Origin: Nitrosopumilus sp. | GTDB taxonomy: Archaea; Thermoproteota; Nitrososphaeria; Nitrososphaerales; Nitrosopumilaceae | Direction: 5' to 3' | DNA: 64,000 nucleotides | Assembly: GCA_963667665.2 (NCBI GenBank) | Contig: OY763927.2 | Location: forward strand, 448,001-512,000 | Shown: positions 58,234 to 64,000 of the stretch, piece after piece | Layout of the letters: each line of letters opens with the position of its first letter | How positions within the stretch are numbered: position 1 is the stretch's first letter | Position numbers and translations under genes: made by a program | Notes under the pieces: model-generated | What the model was told of the DNA's origin: nothing | Databases searched by the model: none | What the model saw: only the letters and a program-made list of their open reading frames with translations

Positions 58234-59913
58234 CTGTCACTTTTAGAAAAATTCCCTGAGCATTTCTCTCCACGTGAAATCCAAAAAGAGATTCTAGCTG
58301 AAATTGAAGAGAAATTCAAATCTGGATATAAAAAAATTATTTTATGTGCTCCCACTGGAGCTGGAAAATCTCTTGTTGGGGCTACTGTTTCTAGTTATTT
58401 TGATAGCTCCTTTACTGTAACTGCATCAAAACATCTTCAGGATCAATATATCAAAGATATTCCATTTCTAAAACCAGTTAAGGGTAAACAGAATTTTTCA
58501 TGTCTAAAATTAATGTCTTCTGAGAAAGTTGATAATACTAGAAGAGCCATGAGGTGGGGTCTGACATGTGACAAAGGACAATGTCAAGAAAGAGTAAGTA
58601 AAAATGGTAAAGAAGTAATTGAGATTTGTAAATTCAAGCCTACAATAAAACAAGTTGAAGAAAATACTCAGGACTCACAGTCTTGTCATTATTATTTGCA
58701 AAAATATGATGCTCTTGTATCAAAACATTCTCTATGGAATTATCATGCATTTTTTCAAATTATGAAATTTAACAAGAAACTCTTTGAGGATTACCTTGAT
58801 AGAAAAGTGTCTGTCTTTGATGAAGCACATAAAATTGAAGATCAAATAATACAATTTATTGGATTTGATATTTTTAGTGGGCAAGTAGATGAATGTAATC
58901 TTAATTCTGACAAATATGATTTCACAGATTTAGATTCTATGATTCAATTAACTGATGACATTGCTTATTCATATGCAAAGAAAATTAAGGATATCAAAGA
59001 AAGTTCTGCGTTTCAAAATAACCCTGATTTTGAGTTAATTACAAGACTAGAAAGACGTTTTGATAAAGCTGCCCAAGCAAAAATTGACATCATGTCTGAT
59101 AAAGATAATTTTGTGGTAAATGATCCTGTGAAAGATTTGAATGGAAATTTCAAAACCATTTCTGTAAAGCCGATTGATGTTTCAAAATTTGCAAATACTT
59201 TCTTTGAAACAGATTATCAAATTTTTATGTCTGCTACAATTGACAAATCAAGTTTTTGTGAAAATATGGGATTAGATAATGATGCTATTGCATTTGTGGA
59301 TAGCCAAAAATCCCCATTTCCAATTGAACATAGAACAATTGACCTTCTTAATATTAAACGACTGAGTTATGGCTCTACTGAAGATGATGAAGTGGAAGTA
59401 ATCAAAACAATTGATAGAATATTAGATGAGCATGCAAATGATAGGGGTTTGATATTGACATCTTCTATTCCACGATGTCAAAAAATTCTTCGATATCTTT
59501 CTCCAAAAAATACTAGAAGAATTAGACTTTGTCATAGTAGAAACAAAGATGGAAAAACACAAGATGAAGTAATTTCTGAGCATGCAAATGATCCTACTGG
59601 TGTATTACTATCTTCATCACTTTGGGAAGGTGTTGATCTAAAAGATGATTTGTCTAGATTCCAAATTATTGCAAAGGTACCTTATCCTAATTATAAAGAA
59701 AAGAGAACCAAGGCAAAAATGGATAAATTTCCTTTATGGTATACATCTCAAACCTTAACTAAATTACTACATGGATTTGGTCGCTCAATTCGTAGTGAAG
59801 ATGACTGGGCAAAAACTTACGTTCTTGATACAGCAGTAAATAATGTATTTTTCAAAGCTCAGTCAATAATTCCAAAGGCATACTATGATGTTTTAGGAAT
59901 AGAAAACCTGTAG
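58234..59913 (+). CDS. XPD/DinG/Rad3-family helicase
   Basis: The frame extends 279 nt upstream of the track start and includes PREIQ and Walker A APTGAGKS; DEAH, MSAT, EGVDL and GRSIRS follow. Probable CTG start at 58234. Confidence 0.9.
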   Translation: MSLLEKFPEHFSPREIQKEILAEIEEKFKSGYKKIILCAPTGAGKSLVGATVSSYFDSSFTVTASKHLQDQYIKDIPFLKPVKGKQNFSCLKLMSSEKVDNTRRAMRWGLTCDKGQCQERVSKNGKEVIEICKFKPTIKQVEENTQDSQSCHYYLQKYDALVSKHSLWNYHAFFQIMKFNKKLFEDYLDRKVSVFDEAHKIEDQIIQFIGFDIFSGQVDECNLNSDKYDFTDLDSMIQLTDDIAYSYAKKIKDIKESSAFQNNPDFELITRLERRFDKAAQAKIDIMSDKDNFVVNDPVKDLNGNFKTISVKPIDVSKFANTFFETDYQIFMSATIDKSSFCENMGLDNDAIAFVDSQKSPFPIEHRTIDLLNIKRLSYGSTEDDEVEVIKTIDRILDEHANDRGLILTSSIPRCQKILRYLSPKNTRRIRLCHSRNKDGKTQDEVISEHANDPTGVLLSSSLWEGVDLKDDLSRFQIIAKVPYPNYKEKRTKAKMDKFPLWYTSQTLTKLLHGFGRSIRSEDDWAKTYVLDTAVNNVFFKAQSIIPKAYYDVLGIENL

Positions 59914-60019
59914 TAGATAACAGAAATTTAATTATTATAATGTAATTTTTTTCTGCCTGTTATCTCTAAAAATAATTTCTAATCGTGATCTATAAAGCTT
60001 ATGGACAAATTGTTCATTG

Positions 60020-61693
60020 TTAGAGATTTGGGCTGGTGACTGCACCATTTGCAGCAGAACCTACAAGTGTTGCATATTTAGCAAGTGCTCCAGTTGTGTA
60101 GTTTGGTTTTGGTTGTCTCCATTGATTCCTTCTAGTTTCTAGTTCTTCTTTAGATATGTTAAGATCAATTGCATTGGATTCAGTATCTATTGTTATTTCG
60201 TCACCATCTTTTACTAGAGCAATAGGACCGCCAACATATGCTTCAGGTGCAACATGACCCACCATGAATCCACGTGTCCCTCCAGAGAATCTACCATCTG
60301 TTACCATTGCAACTTTTTTTCCTAACCCTTGACCTACCAGTGCTGCAGTTGTGGATAACATCTCTCTCATTCCTGGACCTCCTTTTGGGCCTTCATATCT
60401 AATTACTACAACATCCCCCTCATCAATTTCCCCTTTTGATACTGCATCAAATGCAAATTCCTCTCTATCAAAAACACGCGCTTTCCCAGTAAATTTTGTC
60501 ATCTCTACTCCTGCTGTTTTAATTACTGCACCTTCAGGTGCTAGACTTCCTTTGAGAATAACTGCAGTTCCAACTGAGTGGAGTGGGTTTTCAATTGTTC
60601 TTACAATGCTTTGCTCTGCTTCTGAAAAGTTTATTGAAAGAAGATTCTCTTTTAAGGTTTTTCCAGTAACTGTCATACAGTTTTCATTAAGAAGTCCTTT
60701 GTCAAGTAATTTCTTTAAGACAAATGGAATTCCTCCAATTTTATCAAGTGAATTCATTACATAATTTCCTCCTGGTTTCATGTCTGCTAAATGGGGCGTT
60801 TTTCTTCTTATTCTTTCAAAATCATCATAACTCAAATCAATACCTACTTCATTTGCAAGTGCCAGTAAATGTAATATTCCATTAGTTGAACCTCCAACAG
60901 AATTCAACATTACAATTGCATTTTCAAATGCTTCAAATGATAAAATTTCTTTAGGTCTTATATTTATCTCAAGTAATTTAGCACATGCTACTCCTGTATC
61001 ATACACCATCTTTTCTCGTCTATCATCTTCAGCTGGTGGACTAGCACTTCCAGGTAACGCAAGACCAATTGCTTCAGATATTGATGCCATTGTGTTTGCA
61101 GTAAACATTCCTCCACAGGAACCTTCATTGGGACATGCTGTATTTTCAATATTTTTTAGATCTTCAAGAGTTAATTTACCAGCATCATATGCGCCAACTG
61201 CTTCATAAACATCAACTACTGTTAGCTCTTTTCCATCAAGCATTCCGGGCATTATGGTTCCACCATACACAAATACTGATGGAATATTTAGTCTGGCCAT
61301 TGCCATCATAGTTCCTGGTAGACTCTTATCACATCCTGCAATTCCTACTAGTGCATCATATTGATGTGCTCTAACCATTAATTCAATTGAATCTGCAATA
61401 ACTTCTCGAGAAATTAATGAGGATTTCATTCCTTCATGACCCATTGCAATTCCGTCACTTACTGCAATTGTTGAAAATTCTCTTGGTGTAGCACCTGTAT
61501 CTGAAACTCCTTCCTTAGCTTTTAGAGCTAGTCTAGGAAGATGAATGTTACATGGTGTTGCTTCATTTCCTGTGTGGCAAACACCAATGAATTGTTTTGC
61601 TAAATCATCATCAGTTAACCCCATAGCTTTGTACATTGCTCTGTGTGGTGCTCTGGCAGTTCCTTCTACAACATTTCTACTAGAAATTTCCAT
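60020..61693 (-). CDS. ilvD: Dihydroxy-acid dehydratase
   Basis: [39 protein letters not shown] and TDGRFSG motifs. Confidence 0.98.
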   Translation of the reverse strand: MEISSRNVVEGTARAPHRAMYKAMGLTDDDLAKQFIGVCHTGNEATPCNIHLPRLALKAKEGVSDTGATPREFSTIAVSDGIAMGHEGMKSSLISREVIADSIELMVRAHQYDALVGIAGCDKSLPGTMMAMARLNIPSVFVYGGTIMPGMLDGKELTVVDVYEAVGAYDAGKLTLEDLKNIENTACPNEGSCGGMFTANTMASISEAIGLALPGSASPPAEDDRREKMVYDTGVACAKLLEINIRPKEILSFEAFENAIVMLNSVGGSTNGILHLLALANEVGIDLSYDDFERIRRKTPHLADMKPGGNYVMNSLDKIGGIPFVLKKLLDKGLLNENCMTVTGKTLKENLLSINFSEAEQSIVRTIENPLHSVGTAVILKGSLAPEGAVIKTAGVEMTKFTGKARVFDREEFAFDAVSKGEIDEGDVVVIRYEGPKGGPGMREMLSTTAALVGQGLGKKVAMVTDGRFSGGTRGFMVGHVAPEAYVGGPIALVKDGDEITIDTESNAIDLNISKEELETRRNQWRQPKPNYTTGALAKYATLVGSAANGAVTSPNL

Positions 61694-61812
61694 AACACGT
61701 AATTTCCTGATTGCTATAATTTAGACTTTATTGAATAGCTGATAGTTTTATTATAATACAATTGGAGTTTAGATAACTCATGGGGGGGTATTTACCATTT
61801 ACCAAACCAAAT

Positions 61813-61932
61813 TTAGATTCTAAACTCTATTTGTCCTACTGGATGTTTTGAGAGTTCCTTGTGTATTGTAGCAATGGATTTTTCTTTGAAAGTTAAATCA
61901 CATCTGTAACACTTCCATGCTATGGTGTTCAT
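61813..61932 (-). CDS. C2H2-like microprotein (39 aa)
   Basis: MNTIAWKCYRCDLTFKEKSIATIHKELSKHPVGQIEFRI; TTATTATA box upstream of the ATG at 61932. Confidence 0.7.
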   Translation of the reverse strand: MNTIAWKCYRCDLTFKEKSIATIHKELSKHPVGQIEFRI

Positions 61933-62192
61933 GTATAATCTACAACTTTGAATATAATAAGGAAATGGGTGTAAAATAGAAAAGCTACACGTCTGGTAAG
62001 GGGTCAGGGGGAAGACAAACGCTTCCCCCAATAAAACATCAACCGATGTTAGTTTGTCTATCTACATACTTGAGTAACTTTTCAAGATGACAGATTATTT
62101 TCTGAAACATCATTCACGCCATTGATCATGCATTATAAACCTAGATAAAATTAGTTGGAACTAAATCTTTTATTCAAAACTTTTTGGCTTGT

Positions 62193-62327
62193 CTATTTTT
62201 TGACTTTTTGTGGTTTGTAGTGTGCTTTAATCATATGTCGTAGAGTTCTTTCGGAGTCTGTAAATTCCATTTTACATATTCTACACACTAGACTTGTTTC
62301 TTGAGTTCTTTTTCTAAATAAATTCAT
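62193..62327 (-). CDS. C2H2 zinc-finger microprotein (44 aa)
   Basis: Not in track. MNLFRKRTQETSLVCRICKMEFTDSERTLRHMIKAHYKPQKVKK. Confidence 0.8.
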   Translation of the reverse strand: MNLFRKRTQETSLVCRICKMEFTDSERTLRHMIKAHYKPQKVKK

Positions 62328-62424
62328 AAAAAAACGAATATTTTCTGTCTATATAATCTAATGTTGTCAAAAATAATATTTTATTGTAAACTATCTGACT
62401 AGAATCTAGACTTTATTGATATTA

Positions 62425-63021
62425 TTATTTGACTAATTCCTGGTTTTCTAATTGTAACAAATATCCATCTATTTCTTCAGGAGTCTCAGCACCAAATATG
62501 ATTAGGACTTTGTCGTCTTCATTAATTACATGATCTATGATATCTGGGACTGGCTCTTCATTAATGAAGAATTTGAGTGAGTAATCTTCATTTGTACAAT
62601 AAGATTTTCCATCTGGAAATACATAACACTGATCATCAAGACCTATACTCAATGTATCAAATAGATATCCTAGTGTAACTCCTGTGGCATGTTTGTGAAT
62701 TGTGGAGCCATCTCTTCCTTCAAAATGAATCCAAGGTGATTTAATTTGAAAAGCTGGACCGTCAAAGGAAAATGTGTCTCCAAAAATCTTTACTAATATT
62801 CCTGCATGGTCATGTGCGCTGCCCATTGCACCAGCATTTTCTGGACCGCCAGGTGCAGTTTCAGTCATGGTGAGAAACAAGTATCCTGCATATCCTACAA
62901 TTACTGCAATTACTGCAATTACTGCAACTGCAATAAGCGTCTCTTTTCTTTTTTCTACTGAATGTTTTGTAGCATAATTTTCACGTTTTGCTTCACGTTC
63001 TCTTCTTTCTTTTCGTCCCAT
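62425..63021 (-). CDS. Membrane-anchored exported protein with His motifs
   Basis: Basic N-terminus, TM helix, HDH, IHFE and IHKH..VTLG.LF motifs. Confidence 0.75.
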   Translation of the reverse strand: MGRKERREREAKRENYATKHSVEKRKETLIAVAVIAVIAVIVGYAGYLFLTMTETAPGGPENAGAMGSAHDHAGILVKIFGDTFSFDGPAFQIKSPWIHFEGRDGSTIHKHATGVTLGYLFDTLSIGLDDQCYVFPDGKSYCTNEDYSLKFFINEEPVPDIIDHVINEDDKVLIIFGAETPEEIDGYLLQLENQELVK

Positions 63022-63109
63022 GAGATGAACTGATTCTAAAATTTGCCCTAATTAACCTTTAGAGAATACTTTTCGTCATCTTTATTTAGCATAATTTTAA
63101 AATGTGGAT

Positions 63110-64000
63110 ATGCGTGAAGAATACAAATACAAAGTTATTTCCAAAATTGAACATAAAAAAATCCACCCAAAATTAAGAGATGTATTATCTAAAATTAATG
63201 TTGGTGAAACCATATCTGTCAACACATTATTTAACAAATACATCTCAGTTTTGGGTTTCAACAGTAAAGTGACTGCTAAAAATTACATATCTGAGGCAAT
63301 AAAGACAGCATATAAACTAGAGGCAATCGCTAGAATAGATAACATAAGCGTTTCAGCTTGGTTTATGGGACTAGAGACAATTTCATTTTGGCAATCACAA
63401 TTACGTGGCAACAAACTAAAAAATATAAAATCAACCAATATCAGCACTACTAAATCCCAGTATTTGTTACAGTTGTGGCATTTTAATAAATGGCTTTTGG
63501 GTAGACAATTTACGATTAATTCATTTGAATCCAATAATAACAAATTTATCCTAAAAACATACAAAAAAGAGTTTGTAAATGTAGAAGAATTGCTAAGATT
63601 TTCAGAACAACCCTTCATAGATCATAAAAACATTACAAGAATCATCAAACAATATCTCATGGATGAATCCAATGCAAGAAAAAAAGCAACATCAATGACT
63701 GTTATCAAAAGTGCCATTATTTCATATTTTGAGAAAAATGACTGTGATATCCATGTAAAATACAACCCAAAATCAACTCATGATACAGAGACAGAAGACC
63801 AAAGTATGTCTATCTCAGAACTAATGGAGTTTTTAACAACTGGAAAACCATCAATAGTAGAAAAAACATTATTTTTGTGCAAGTTTCATAGAGGACTAGA
63901 CGTATCAACACTGGTAGATAGATTCAACTATGAAGCATGGGAACAAATTACAAAGTGGTTTAGGTCTGAGAATCATAATTCATGGGATTTGGAAAAATGC
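63110..64000 (+). CDS. Tyrosine recombinase/integrase-like protein (5' part; runs off right edge)
   Basis: Not in track. 297 open codons from ATG 63110, with core-binding-like KSQYLLQLWHFNKWL..KSAIISYFEKND and box-I-like EKTLFLCKFHRGLDVSTL. Confidence 0.7.
   Translation, partial: MREEYKYKVISKIEHKKIHPKLRDVLSKINVGETISVNTLFNKYISVLGFNSKVTAKNYISEAIKTAYKLEAIARIDNISVSAWFMGLETISFWQSQLRGNKLKNIKSTNISTTKSQYLLQLWHFNKWLLGRQFTINSFESNNNKFILKTYKKEFVNVEELLRFSEQPFIDHKNITRIIKQYLMDESNARKKATSMTVIKSAIISYFEKNDCDIHVKYNPKSTHDTETEDQSMSISELMEFLTTGKPSIVEKTLFLCKFHRGLDVSTLVDRFNYEAWEQITKWFRSENHNSWDLEKC

Noticed and set aside
63283-63618. 111-aa minus-strand ORF
   Set aside because: Shadow of the long plus-strand integrase-like frame.

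Overview
AT-rich chromosome segment of a Nitrosopumilaceae-like ammonia-oxidising archaeon (Nitrososphaerota/Thaumarchaeota). The assignment rests on the gene content: archaeal PolB, TBP, Alba, Rpo6, S25e, S26e, archaeal ThrRS, a CFI-box-CTERM protein and DUF6659-like proteins. Intact housekeeping blocks (ppdK-tpiA, polB, thrS-speB, pyrG, trpEGDCBA, XPD-like helicase, ilvD) alternate with accessory DNA. Main observations not visible in the ORF track: (1) a 3041-bp IS6-family element (26894-29934) with perfect 24-bp terminal inverted repeats. It carries a SWIM/Zn-ribbon DDE transposase, a divergent Zn-finger microprotein and a DNA methyltransferase-HNH fusion, and its three frameshifts each fit loss of one dinucleotide repeat unit. 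(2) A translationally coupled TrmB + three-microprotein cassette (29935-31184) whose members have paralogues at 14575-15026 and 33290-33445 and share an IEH-x3-MT helix. (3) About 20 small Cys/His-finger proteins and a dense micro-ORF island at 55-56 kb. (4) Several chimeric deletion scars and nonsense mutations. (5) Seven GC-richer structured intergenic islands (candidate ncRNAs, one with pseudoknot potential). (6) A probable CUG start for the XPD-like helicase. (7) A tyrosine-recombinase-like gene running off the right edge. No rRNA, tRNA or CRISPR array was recognised. Family assignments come from motif recognition by eye, not database searches.
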